DNA of 60,352 bases, the filler included, from Sphacelaria rigidula (Eukaryota), in NCBI GenBank assembly GCA_964200075.2. It is 9 parts of 9 records of this genome, joined end to end, with 100 filler letters (N's around TTAATTAATTAA, not from the genome) between each part and the next. Parts side by side here need not be neighbours in the genome. Positions count along the whole stretch, not along the records: positions 6,719 to 13,335 come from CAXNAA020019030.1; positions 13,436 to 20,052 come from CAXNAA020019031.1; positions 20,153 to 26,769 come from CAXNAA020019032.1; 6 more parts are not named here. One strand, given 5' to 3'. The translations under genes and the position numbers were made by a program. Below, one piece after another: positions 12,801 through 25,032 of the stretch. Numbering within the stretch: the first letter of the stretch is position 1; every line of letters starts with the position of its first letter. Below the pieces are notes generated by a model that saw only the letters and a list, made by a program, of their open reading frames with translations, searched no databases and had not been told where the DNA came from.

Positions 12801-12980
12801 CTGGCAACAGATGATCAACGCGGCGCGGCGGACGAGAATTGTCTGTCCAACGTGCATCCTCGTGTTTTTGGTGACTTTGGTTCCTCCACATCTCTTACGG
12901 TCAATCAATCGGTGAGACTAAGTGTACAATTTTACCAGGATACTACTCCCACTGTTCGGTTGTCCGTATGGGCTATACCC
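9900..12980 (+). mobile_element. decayed Ty3/gypsy-like gag-protease region
   Basis: Broken Pro/Ser/Thr-rich ORFs lead to ALPDSGSPQTFI (retropepsin D-S-G motif, Asp codon 12763-12765). After a frameshift near 12820 the protein continues as GAADENCLSNVHPRVFGDFGSSTSLTVNQSVRLSVQFYQDTTPTVRLSVW. The left boundary is approximate. Confidence 0.65.
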
Positions 12981-13334
12981 CGCCCAAGATTCCGTGTATG
13001 TAGACGGCGCCGTCGCCACCGTCGCAGTGGCGGAAGCGATACCAGACACGGATCCAGCCTGGCCGGTGGTTTGCGAGCTGTCCGCTCCAGCACCACCCAC
13101 CGAAGTACTACTCCCTGCTACATAAACTGCCCGCCCTGGAATGGACGGACCAGAAGAGCCTGAGGCAGGTTCTGAAGATGCAGCCGATGACATTGTAGTG
13201 GAGGATTCGCCATCCGTCGCCTCTCGATTGCTGCCGCGGCCACCGCGCCCGCGTCCACCATAACCTCTACCTCTTCCTCCATGACGACCGCCGCTGGATC
13301 CTGACTGATCTTGCGGACTATTTTGATTAGCGCC
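12980..13334 (-). mobile_element. RGG/Ser-Gly-rich open frame, probably the gag C-terminal region of a second retroelement
   Basis: Stop-free from the scaffold end: GANQNSPQDQSGSSGGRHGGRGRGYGGRGRGGRGSNREATDGESSTTMSSAASSEPASG...; abuts the protease remnant in opposite orientation. Confidence 0.4.
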
Positions 13335-13335
13335 C

Positions 13336-13435
13336 NNNNNNNNNNNNNNNNNNNNNNNNNNNNNNNNNNNNNNNNNNNNTTAATTAATTAANNNNNNNNN
13401 NNNNNNNNNNNNNNNNNNNNNNNNNNNNNNNNNNN
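13336..13435. other. artificial scaffold linker
   Basis: N44-TTAATTAATTAA-N44. Confidence 0.98.
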
Positions 13436-13664
13436 TTTGGACCATCTTTGAGAAAATAAGAAATTACGGATTCTGCATACTTCTGACGCTGACAACTGTA
13501 GTCGGTTACACATCTCGAGGACAGCAAACGGTGCAGCAAGATCCCGCCAAAAAGAAAACGGCAGATATACGTCATCTTCCTTCAGATCCTGCTGAGCCTC
13601 TGGGCGTCTGTTTAGACTCTTCGAGCTCATCTTAACATCATTCTTCGTTCATTCATGACGTTAG

Positions 13665-16600
13665 ATGGGGGCCGGCGCAAGCCTCGTATCAAACGATCGA
13701 CGGGATGCTATTCGCATTGCTGTCCACGAAGCGTTTCCCCTAAACCTGTATCCTCTGGAGGAGAGGCTCTTCTCCGAGGGATCTTTATATGGTGATGACG
13801 GCAACAGTCCCTTTGCCCATCAGCGCGCGCACATCCCCATCTTCGAGACTCTTGGCCTTCACGAATGGTCCGTATTGCAGCTTTGGCGCCATTTTCGCCA
13901 GGTGACCGATAAAACGAGCAGTTGAACTCTGTGAGTGGGGCACACTGCCAACACCGTTTGTGAACTGTTCGCAAGAGTGTAAACTCGACTGTAGGATGAT
14001 CCAGAACATCAGCGCAACAGAAATATCATTCTGAAAACCTTCCACCAACACGGCGTAGGCTGCGCAGTATACATATGCGTACAGCCATCCATTCGCTTCA
14101 TACGCATCTTCGAAGCGCTAAACAATACTGACCATACACATTGCATAAGCAGTCGACGCACGCGTGACATTTTAGAGTGTGTCTCATGCCGTGAAGTGCG
14201 TGCGCGTGCGCGTGAGCAGATGAGCGTGACCGATGGCGGCAGCGGAGTGACTTTGTGGGAGTTTCGAGAGTACTTTGATCTTCCGGATGACCGCTCTACC
14301 TCGCGTCTATTTCGGTGCTTCGATGAAGACCGCGACAATCGCATAGGGTTCTTGGAGCTTGTCGTTGGGCTGTGGACATACTGTTAGTACTTTACGTCGT
14401 ATGCATCCCCTTCACACTAAAAACTCAATGATCTCTTGTTCAGTTCGCTTCGAGTGGAGCTCCGTGCGGTGGTCGGCCGGGGTCATGAACGAACTCATTT
14501 GTCGGAGGTCACAGGACGTTACCTCCTGCCAACACACGGGATTCTACAAATTGAGGATGGATCAGTTTTTGAGGATTAGGACCCAGAGAAGTAAAACCTG
14601 AGTATCCACACCAAATCTTCGAAATGTAGCTCCAACCCTTCACATGCTGGGAGCTATTGACAACTACTACGCGCCATTAAAATTTGGATCCTGATAACCG
14701 ACATGTTGGGGTCCTAGGTGAAAAAATAATTTGGGGGGATTTAGATGATCCAATCAGATCACCGAAATTCCCCGGAAAAGACTTTCTACGATAGCCCCTC
14801 CCCAAAACCAGCTGAAAGTGTCACGAAAAAAATGGCCATACAGCGCCTGATGTTNNNNNNNNNNGCTGCATGACGCGCCTCATATTGGCGACATTGGCTA
14901 GAACGAACCCGAGGGTGGGAATTCCCAGCTTCTCGTTGTGCCGGCTTTTCCCATTTCGATTTACGTGGAGATTTTTCCTCCCAAAATCGTGCACTTTTGT
15001 CGGGGGGGCTATCGTAGAAAGTGTCGGAAATGGTTTTCCACCTAGGACCCACAAGATTTCGGTTATTGGGATCCAAATTTGTATGGCGTGTAGTGATTGT
15101 CAAAAGCTACCTGCAGGTGAAGGAGTGGAACCATGTTTCGAAGATTTGGTGTGGATACGAAGATTTTTAATTCTCCGGGTTTCTTATCCTCGATGAAAAT
15201 CAATCCCCAGTTTGTAAATCGCGTGTTTACCTCATTTATTTCTCCTCCGGGAGATCCTCACAGGAATTACGTAATAAGGACCGAGGTAAGAATTACATGT
15301 GAGGTGTTCAGACGTGGTTTCTGAAACCAGCTATATCTCCATTCTTCGGAATGAATTTCAATACCTGATTTCTGCAACCAGTTATATCTGCATCCTTCAA
15401 AACGAATTCAAGGTCTGCTTTCTTAATCCAATTATTTGCACTCTTCACAGTATATTCCAAGACCTAGTTTCTGAAACCACCCATCATCTCGATGCGCTCT
15501 ATACCATTTCTTCTTGACAGTTTTTGACCCCTTTGAGAAAGAAGCATCGTGGCGCCACTCAGGCCATGAACTAATCTTACCCCGATGCCCGCAGAAGGTG
15601 CCACGTTTATCGGGGGTGTGTTCACTTCTATTCTCGAGGGTTCCTGCATTTACTGCGGTATCGCTAGTTTAAACGCACCACTACGCAAGCAAACATGCCA
15701 CGGTGGTGAATCCGACTCACCGTTGTGTTCATACACCCCCCCCACAACCTTACTTGAAACAACGACAACGGCGATCAGGCTGCAACTGCAACGCTGCTTT
15801 GGTGTGTCTCTCCTTCGACCTATACGACACCGACCACAACGGTCAGATCTCCCTCAACGAGGCGGATTTTATGATCGAGGATGTATTCGGTCCAGAGTGG
15901 GAGTCCAACGATCTTGGGAGAGCGACCCACAAGTGGGTGCATGAACGCGAGGAAGCCGTTCTCGGAGCACCGGAGTTAGGCATTGACGATTGGTCGACTT
16001 TCATGTTGGCGAATCAGTTGGTCATGGCGGAGACTATCCGCAAACGACTGATCTTGCAAAAGAAGGTGCTAAGACAAAAACGTTCTCACTCTGTTTTGTT
16101 CACTGCTCTGTTTTTATCGTGTTCTGAGTGAGTCCCATGTGGGGAGCTTATTGTAGCGATAACAGGCAGGTGCAGAAGGTGTGAGAGGCACGCTACCTTT
16201 ATACATGGAGACCTCCAACGGCGTTCGTTGTAAACGAGGAAATTGAAGGAAACCACTTGTTCTTGAGAGTAGGTTTCGTGCGTGAGACCTGTCAACAAAG
16301 GCCTGGATTTGGCGAGAATATGTCTACCTTGCTGAAACTGCCATGCGCAGAAACCGATTGGATGAACGAATGTCAACCCCGGTTACGATGTTTCTTCATT
16401 TCTTCCGCCTAACAACTACTTCCCACACACTTAACGGCCGACCGAAAAAATGTAATTGACACGCCATTTTCAAGATGATCGGGGTGGATTTTTGGTCTCA
16501 CTGCACCGCCAAACGTGTCACCATCTATGCGGGACGCAGAGTTACAGTTGAGCAGTTGCTTGGCGCGCACATTTCTCAGAAAGTCCTAGACTTGCTAGCG

Positions 16601-18413
16601 AGCGACCGGAATCCATCGACGGACCACAACGATACCACTCAATTTACTCTGAAGGTAGGGGAATACCCACGTTTGGGTCTGATTAGTGTCCCCCTGCGCC
16701 GTAAAGCACGAGGTTGTGCCTTTAATTGCGATCAATGATTGCTCAAGTACGGACGATCGAAACAGCCGTACGTAAGCGTATCGAAGCGTCCTACTGTATG
16801 ATGGACGTTGCTTTTGTAAGAACGCAACCGACACATTATATAATTCTGCCTGCTACACAGTTGTATGGCTGATCCATGCACTGCTAAAATTTGAGGAGCC
16901 ATTAGCTCGACACCTGGGTCAGTTTGTCGCGCGTGGTTTCTCGTTTCGTCCTCTTCTCTTTGTCCATTTTCTCGACATTCCATTAGCAAGTATCCTCTAT
17001 CGGTGCGTCTGCCATGGGTACGTCTATTTTTCGACGGCGGTTGGAATCCTTGTTGGTCAATACGACTTGTATATGTACACAACGAAACCGATCGATCAAT
17101 CATTTGAGCAGTGACGGCTGCCGAATTTGGCTGGCTGGCTGGCAATATGCCCATCTCGAGCGAAATACAATTGTGGACCATAGACAGACGACCTGATGGG
17201 TTCCGGTGGCCTCAGGTTCTTCGACGTACCGGACCGTTTCCCCAGCGACGAAAATTCCGAGAGTTGAAGGCGAAAAAGATTGCTTTCAAGGCAAAGGACA
17301 AGTTCAAATATTTGACTGTGCGGGAAACGTTTGAGCGATTGACTGTGCCCCCAGGAGAAGATGCCAGTTGGGAGGAGCCCAAAGCACCCTCAGCACTTCA
17401 GGTATTGATTGTATCCCAGTGTTCTCAGTGATGATGCTTTCTCGACAAAAACACAAATTTTACTCCGTCATGAACCATAATTTCCACGGTGAAAGGATTG
17501 CAATGTCTCATGTCTATCCTTGAGGTGTCCTGGTAAATATACAACAACGAATTCTGAGGACACAATCGAGTTGACGGTGGACAATATCATAGTCGTGTGT
17601 TCACCTGCACCGGAATGCGAACACTGCCCGTAACCCCACGGCATCCTAGGCAGTCTTAACGCGTCGCAGCATGCACCACATGCACGTCTTGCATTGTTTG
17701 TTCGGCATGCAAACCCGGTAGCAACCCCATGTCCTGCCTGTACCTCTGCTAACGCCCGAACGGCCCATCGCTCTCTTCGCACGGAGTAGATTCTCATGGC
17801 GTCACTGCAAGAGCGCGGTCCAACAGATCGAGGAGGCGCGGCTGCCGTCACAGCAGAAAACGATTCGCGGGCGAGCGAACATAAAATGAAAGAAGCGATA
17901 GCAAAACTCTCCAAGCCTCCCTCATCCTCGCGTCCTGCGTCCACCGAGGGCGCAGTCCCCCGCCCTGAAGCGCTCGCCTTGCTTTCGGTGCGTCCAGGGC
18001 TCGACGACACAACTCCGGGCTCATCCGGGAGGTCAGCTGAAACCAGGGGATATGGCGACAGTAGGGGTGGTAATTGTGCTGGTGAGATAGATGACCCGAT
18101 TATCGCAAACGCATTCCACGGTCTGAAGCCGCTGTCATCTGCGCCCGTGACTCCGACGAGAAGATATAAATCCAGAGGCAAAAGCAAGCACCAGAGAGGG
18201 TTATCGAAAAACGGCGGGGGTGGAGGTAGTATGTGCACAGGACGAAGCAAGGAGACCTTATCCAGGACGGGAAAGGAGCTGCTTGGCGCCGGGGAGCTGA
18301 GGGTCGTTGGGGTCAGAGGGGTTGGTGATGGTGTGGGTGGTGAAGGGGGTCTCAGCGCACGAATACTCGTGGGTACACAGACTAGTGGTGGTAGCCGGAG
18401 TACAGGAAGGTGA
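13665..18413 (+). CDS. N-myristoylated EF-hand calcium-binding protein (calcineurin B/recoverin-like) with a long low-complexity C-terminus
   Basis: Exons 13665-13901, 14220-14382, 15779-16065, 16475-16654, 17216-17401, 17790-18413 join in phase with GT-AG introns. Starts MGAGAS (MGxxxS). Canonical EF loops DEDRDNRIGFLE and DTDHNGQISLNE. The structure of the last exon is less certain. Confidence 0.85.
14520..15240. mobile_element. foldback (long-TIR) non-autonomous element in intron 2 of the EF-hand gene
   Basis: About 200-bp imperfect inverted arms (14535-14725 vs 15033-15225, e.g. GTATCCACACCAAATCTTCGAAA / TTTCGAAGATTTGGTGTGGATAC). Uninterrupted paralog at 47165-47635. Confidence 0.8.
14779..15024. 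mobile_element. MITE (about 250 bp) nested in the foldback element, 6-bp TSD
   Basis: TIR A(G/C)ACTTTCTACGATAGCCCC...GGGGCTATCGTAGAAAGTGT flanked by CGGAAA (14773-14778 and 15025-15030); second copy at 50371-50622. Confidence 0.85.
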
Positions 18414-19959
18414 CCAAGAATCGTTGTTCTGCTGATTCGATCTAAGAAAGCTATGACCATGTGCTCTTGGGACGTAAGTGGGATACTAAGGTGGCTGGTA
18501 AGGGGGTCATTCGAGAATATATGAACCTGGGATTGAACAGCTAATCGTGACTGCAGGTGAAGTCAGATGGCGGATTTAGGGGGGAAAATAGAGAGCCAAT
18601 GCTTTCAGTTTTCAATTACCGTGGTCGTACTATACTGAAAACCTGAAAACCGTACGAGCTGGGCCAGCTGACAGTGATTTGCGAATGTATCGGGGCCGGG
18701 CGGCGGGGAATCCGAAGCGTTGGGCGCTAAAATTATGACACAACATTTTTATCTTCACTACGCACAACCTTCTCGGGGGTGCCGAGAGAAAAACAAACGG
18801 ACAGAAAGTTAGAGCGATTTGAAGTCTCTACAAAAACTAGGAAAATGCTATAACTCCGTGAAACTAAATAAATACGGGGGCATCACTAGTGTAGTTGTGC
18901 GTTTTTGTGTGGAAATCCTGGTGCAATTTCGGTCAAAAATTCCAGATACTTGGCGCAGCATCCAACTTTTTGTGTGGAACGGCTGCGCTGCTGCAATCGA
19001 AGTGATGCAGTTGACTCTAGTTATGGAGGTCACGAGTTCGAATCCCGACGGATTCCTTTTTTTCGTTCCGTCGATTAGGTGATACAAAAATGTAGTATAT
19101 TTTTCAGTTTTTTTTCGTTCAGCGGCGGTGTCGTGCCTTACCACGTTGGTCTGCAGGTCACACCGATATACTCGAGTCCGGCTGATTTAGTGAACTTGAT
19201 AAGTCATTGTGTGACATGCAAACGCGGGATTTACTGCTGGTTCAGCTCCCACCAAAAATCCACGCGGCGAGAGTTTCGCAAGCATAACGGGGTGCTCTCC
19301 TGGCTGCTTGCCATCGAAGTCCTCGTCTGGCACCGGTGTGGTCCCTTCGATTTAGAACCGACGAGAACAATCGCTCCGTTATCAACGTCAAAAAGTGCCC
19401 CTCCCGCTTTTACCAGAAGGCGCCATCTCTCAAGTGAAGCTTAAAAAACAGGGTATACTTGTACCGACGAAGACCATTGCTGATTTGCGGAAAGTTCTGT
19501 CAATCGGTTGTAAATGTGTGTGCCCATCTTCCAAGGAAAGCGACCTCACGAGTCTCCGTCTAAAACTCTGCCTACTCAAACGCCAGCTTGGCTGGATACT
19601 TGACGATCCAGGCATTTACTCACTGCTGTTATGCTGTTGTGTTCACTCCAATTTAGTCTTCATGGCAAAACGATTTGACGCTGAAGGCGTCCGATAAACG
19701 ACGCAAGGCATCACAACACCGCACGCCAGTGCAACTCTCACACGACTCGCGCGCTGCTTGAAAGTCCTCGTCACCTGACAATCGAAAAACAAGCGCTGAC
19801 TGGCTCATGATCTTACTCGGCTGCACCAGTACTTACATTGCGCAAGGGCCCGCACAAAAGCACCCCGTCATGCTACATACATGTTCATTCTGACGCGACT
19901 CTGTTGCCCCTTGTTACCATTTTATACTAGTCGCATTATCTCTCCTATCCCCCCCCCCT

Positions 19960-19997
19960 GGCGTGCATGATCATGAGTACACCCCCCCCCGTCCCCC
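19960..19997 (+). mobile_element. extreme 3' tail of the SINE-like family between two C-runs
   Basis: C10-TGGCGTGCATGATCATGAGTACA-C9. Confidence 0.7.
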
Positions 19998-20052
19998 TCG
20001 AGCGGTCTACCGTCGGAGATCATTACTGTGGAAACAACAGACCATGCTTTAG

Positions 20053-20152
20053 NNNNNNNNNNNNNNNNNNNNNNNNNNNNNNNNNNNNNNNNNNNNTTAA
20101 TTAATTAANNNNNNNNNNNNNNNNNNNNNNNNNNNNNNNNNNNNNNNNNNNN
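20053..20152. other. artificial scaffold linker
   Basis: N44-TTAATTAATTAA-N44. Confidence 0.98.
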
Positions 20153-20478
20153 GCACGCCGGCTTTTCGCCGGACCAGGCTCGCACTCAATCACCAAGCGC
20201 CAAGCGCTGTGGTGTGTTCGGCGAATCGCGTGAAGGGTGAGCTGCATCCTGCTAAGATTGTTCGGCCCGAAGCTTATTTTTTTGCATTTGGATGACAGCC
20301 TACAATGAGTTGCTTTGTTGTCTGGTATTGCCACTTCCAGAGACAGCCACGGTTTCCACACTGCCTCATGGGTGTCTCACCAGCGGGGGAGAGTAGTCAT
20401 GATCATACATGCCGTAGTGATGTGGCCATTGACCTCGCATCCCTACAAGGCGGGGACGGAGTACGTCGGGTTTTTGCA
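20153..20478 (-). mobile_element. two stacked SINE-like copies (head-containing copy 20153-20382 directly behind the C-tail of truncated copy 20385-20478)
   Basis: Reverse-complement similarity to 812-1102 and 46352-46683. Confidence 0.85.
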
Positions 20479-20732
20479 AGCCCCAACATCATTGTGCACA
20501 AGTTCACCGAGATATTTCGATCCAATCTGCCTTATTGACAGGAACTCACGCCTTCATGGCATCACTCAACGCCCGGATAGCCCAGCCCGCATTTGGGAAC
20601 TGTCAGCGCGCCGAAGATCCGAACATAATATAATTGCCCCAACTACGCAAGAGGATACATTTTCCCCGTGAACAGAGCTTGGGCGACGGGTTCGCACAAA
20701 GCTCCGTTTTTCACACATAGCCAGACACGTAC

Positions 20733-22540
20733 CGCCTTCATGGTCACGATCACTGTTGCGGTGGCCATGAGCAGTGTCGTGATGATCCCCACCCCCGATC
20801 CGGATGGTCCCGAAACTATGTTTCCGCTCGCGTTTTGGTTCAGGTCCGAGTACCTGTATCGGTGCAAGTGCGTGTGTTTGAAACAACAGAAATGCGCATA
20901 AGGTCAGTAGATTCTCCATCGGCAAAAAAAAAGCAGAGAAAACAATCGTGCGTCAGGCCGCTCCTCATCAACAGACAAAAATAAAGATATGCAAAAGTGC
21001 CTTTTTGAAGCTTCCACGTCATTTTACGCTCCCAAAAGAGAGCTAGGCGGAGTTTGCCACGTTGGAATGACGTGCTCTACTAGTTGAGGCGGTTTCAGGA
21101 CATATTTTACCGTTTCCCGGTGGCCGCAGTTTGAATTTGGCCTAACAAGATTTTTGTCCAAGAACGGTCAGAAACAGTCACGTCCAGAGAAGATGGCCAC
21201 TTTTCTCTGGACTTGACTGTTTTTTACCGTTCTTGAACAAAAAATCTTGTTCGGCCAAAATAAAACTGCGGCCACCGGGAAACGGTAAAAGATGTCCTGA
21301 AACCGCCTCAACTAGTAGAGCAAGTCATTCCAACGTGGCAAACTCCGCCGAGCTCTCTTTTGGTGTCCAGTTGAATTTTTTTTCATCAGAGTCCATCCTC
21401 GAAACCTCGGAGCCAAGCGAATCGAAAAAGGGCTACTCTCCTCAGTGAGGCGACGTAAAGCGTCCGAGACACGCGATGGTGATATTTCATATTTCCTGTT
21501 TGGGGGCCAACAAACTCTATCGAATGTCTCAAAAGTGAAGGAAAAAAAACGTGAGGAACTGTTTGAGGAGAACGGAATATGACACGTGGTCCGTGTGGAT
21601 AAAGACACAAGAGCGTGGGCCCGTCCAAGAGATTGAGGAAAAACGGGAATGACCAGGTAGTGCAAAAGAATAACAAGTGAAAGGTGCGCTTTGGCATACA
21701 CCAAAAAAAAAGTGATCCTATTGGTTGCTCATCAAGGAATTCTCCAGCAAAACCGAAAATTGTTGTGATGTCTGAGCACATATACGTACAGTGCCACAAC
21801 TCGAACGCAACACGTACTTGCAAATATCCTTTTTCGGGACATTCGATTCGTCTTTCGTATCGCCATCACGCACTCAACGATTGCGTGTGGGTACCTCATC
21901 AGGCCTACTAAACCGAGCATATACCCCATGTTCATATCCATGATCTTGAGGAGAGACGTATGCCCCCCAGCTGCGGTGTGCGAGTCGAGGCGGGCGATGC
22001 TCATCTTCACGGGTAGACACCAAATGTGCAGCTCTATCCCAGCGTCATGAAGGGGGGGAGGAGGGGGGGGAAAATGTACCCATGATCCTAAATGCCGTAG
22101 TCACCATTGACCTCATTCCTAAAAATCCGGGACGAAGCACGCTGGGTTTTTGCCGGACCAGGCAGGGTAGGGCCCCACGATACTACAGTTGTGTCGGGTT
22201 GGCGACGCTACAGCCACTTTTGCTCATCCGTATATCTGTCGATACGCCAGTATGGTACCAGAAATGACCGAAGAGTCGTCACTCAGAGATGGTTTTGGGG
22301 GAGGGGTGGTAAACTACGTGATATGGACCGAACTCCACGGCAGGAAAACGCACACGAAGTGTTCTCACCCGAAATCAAGAAGTGCCGTGAATCCGTACAA
22401 CCAGAATAGCAAGTGTGCCATGACGAGGTTGAATACCCAGCCCCCGTTGTTCTTGACGAAGCTCACCGCCCTGGGACCGATCCCGGTTACCCTCATGGCT
22501 TCCCGCTCCGACTGAGTCAGTGTCGCGTCCATGATGCTGC
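20733..22540 (-). CDS. candidate exons of an unknown multi-pass membrane protein
   Basis: Exon-like blocks with good splice sites: 22540-22369 (GSIMDATLTQSEREAMRVTGIGPRAVSFVKNNGGWVFNLVMAHLLFWLYGFTALLDFG), a block ending at 21895 (LLKIMDMNMGYMLGLVGLMR, acceptor uncertain) and 20853-20733 (YSDLNQNASGNIVSGPSGSGVGIITTLLMATATVIVTMKA). The phase between the first two blocks is unresolved; no family recognised. Confidence 0.45.
21032..21363. repeat. near-perfect 332-bp palindrome/foldback
   Basis: Arms CCAAAAGAGAGCT.GGCGGAGTTTGCCACGTTGGAATGAC... and ...GTCATTCCAACGTGGCAAACTCCGCC.AGCTCTCTTTTGG, centred on TGGCCA near 21197 with almost no loop. Confidence 0.95.
22051..22165 (-). mobile_element. 5'-truncated SINE-like copy with poly(C) tail
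   Basis: Reverse complement reads GCCTGGTCCGGCAAAAACCCAGCGTGCTTCGTCCCGG...CATGGGTACATTTT-C-rich. Confidence 0.8.
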
Positions 22541-22593
22541 CTGCTGAGGTCGATGCATGCAATTTTTATTCATGATTCGAGAAAGAAAAGAGA

Positions 22594-22643
22594 GGGAAGG
22601 GAAGGGAAGGGAAGGGAAGGGAAGGGAAGGGAAGGGAAGGGAA
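22594..22643. repeat. (GGGAA)n microsatellite
   Basis: About 10 perfect units; on the minus strand it is a pyrimidine tract upstream of the candidate acceptor at 22541. Confidence 0.95.
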
Positions 22644-23389
22644 GCTTTTTGAACATCTGTACCACGATTTTCAAATCAGTACAAAAGCACAAAAAATCAC
22701 GAATGTAGTGTGGTGTACCTAATGCACTACTAAAATGTAATGCACTGTACGAGTATCGTGATCTACGGATGCAGGAAATCTTCCACTCCCATGTACTCCC
22801 AAACTTGACTGCATACGCATTGCGTCATGATCCGAAACATGAAACTCCACACACCACTCCTTCCTTTCTTGGGTTGCCGCTGCGTCTACATACAATGGAC
22901 ACGGAGACATTTACAACAATACTTTCTGCTGTTGTCCGTTCGATGGTCGCTTCAATGCTCTGCGTTTTTTTTTTTTCCCCCATTGATTCCTTCTCTGTAT
23001 TGATTTTGGATGTTTTGTACGATTGCTTCAGCACTTCTGAAACCCACGACTCCGAACACTGACAGGCAAAAGTGAAGAAAAAAAAGAAGGTCGCACACAT
23101 CGGACCAATCGAAGAGGACCTCTCAGACCCCCTTGTTCAAAAACGCAAAACTCGTGACAGCGAGTGTTTTCATCGTGAGTACTGTAGGACTCACTTATTC
23201 TGAATCTTGCTATCTGACTTCCTCAAGCCGTATATCGAGTCACCTTGTCTTCGTGCGACCATCCCTAAGCTTCACCTCCAATAGCGAAGATACAAATACA
23301 TACAGCTGGTTGTTGGACATTTCAAGGTACACGGGAGCATGCCCTGGAATATTCAACGCTTGGGTGCGAGAGTCGACACGCGGTCGCTT

Positions 23390-23415
23390 GGGGGGGGTGC
23401 TCATGATCTTGCATA
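23390..23415 (-). mobile_element. SINE-like 3' tail remnant
   Basis: Reverse complement TGCAAGATCATGAGCACCCCCCCC. Confidence 0.6.
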
Positions 23416-25032
23416 TCGCTCGTGCGTGTGGGTGTGGGGGGGATAGCGTGACCACTTAGATCATGCGTACACCCCCCACGCGCGAGCTTTCTGTCGGTAC
23501 GCACTAGTGCACGTACGCCGACTAGTGATCAGCATTGTGCGAGTCATGAGGGCACGAAAACAGTTGTGACATCTGGAGTATGGAACATAGCCATCTCCGG
23601 GTCATCAAACGCATTTGGTGAGAGGCTCAAACAGTGGGAGAGGGGAGAGAGTGGTGATTGTGGTGGAAGCGACTTCGTTTGCAGAGAGGACAGAGGAGAG
23701 CGGAAGCAATCGGGTACGGTACGAGTGGATTTTTTACATCGAGGATGGATTTTGCTTCGACGATGAGCGAGGTCACGCACGACGGTAGACGGGATCAGGT
23801 ACGGCGGGTACAATCCAATGTACGCAGTGGACACAGGACAGCGGGCATGGTAGATTGTAGCAAGCACGATAGTATGTTGAGGGGATGGTAGCCTCAGGAC
23901 CCATCAAGGAATTGGTGAAGTTTTAAATCGTCACAACAGATTATACGTGGCGGTTAATCAAGTGGACTGGCACGCGTGACCAGCATATTCTTCCGCAAAA
24001 AACAGACCGAGTTTTGTACTCGGTTTTCGAATTTGTGCCTCTCCCAGCGTGTTAAATGACAATCGTTTCGAAGTTCGGAATCAGATATACACACGTCCCG
24101 GACCCTCATCCGTTCTGTTCCTGTTCGGTGCTCGTCATTACACATGTATCATGATTCATGTGTGATTCAATTGAATGAAATGATGCGATTGGAATTTCTT
24201 TCGCTCATACAAAACACGCATTCCCTTGATTAGGAATACTTCGCATTAGAGGTGTCATCCCCCCTCCACACCTCGATTCCGCTACTCAGAAAATGATCGT
24301 ACGGTACGGTTATCAATCATCGCGGCATCACAGCTATACGCGGTACCTGTAAAGCGCGGTATGGTACCGGTTGCTTCGTAGTATGTTATCTTGGCATGAC
24401 CTGGCACGACGGACTGTGGTGTTCTCAAAGCACGGTACAATAGACCCGCCGCGCCGCGGTGGTAATAATCGTCCGACTGTCACCATTAGGGTGGAGGGAT
24501 AATGGGTTTAATTCCTACCAAATGCGTTGGATCGTTAATTCAAAATACCTGATTTACACCGTCGAAAGCGGGTGTACGTGACTAGACAAGAAATAATTGA
24601 CTGAGTTTGTCAAAACGGAGTTGACGCGGTGCGGAAGTGCTGACCCAATCCGCGAGATCAAAACGCAAGGAGTGTACCGGCCAGAGATGGGTTGATCCCT
24701 CGAGACTATTATTGGACCACGGACTTGGCCCGAGGAGGTGAGGGGTGAATCGACGTCGAAATGATGCCGATTTACAAAATGCGCCCACCCGCGGTTAGTC
24801 CACTCAGGTCCCGGAAGGGTTAATAGTCGGAAACCTCGGTATGACCTTATCGAACTTGGGCCAATTCTTATGGGAGCGTTTGAAATTATATTGTGCAACA
24901 ATTTCAGAGGAGTTTTTTCTTTGTCATCACGGTGAACGGGCACAAACTACACAACTACGGCAAAGGAAAAAAAAATCGTTTAAAATTATCGCAAAATAAG
25001 ATTCTAAACGTTTTCATAAGAGTTGGCCTTAT

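Noticed and set aside
17468..18460. 330-aa minus-strand ORF
   Set aside because: Antisense to the GC-rich last exon of the EF-hand gene.
20340..20384. Hammerhead-like motif in the SINE head (CTGGTGA-stem-GAAAC...GTC on the minus strand)
   Set aside because: The core has G in place of the conserved A of CUGA, stem I cannot form, and the copies at 812 and 46352 lack GAAAC.
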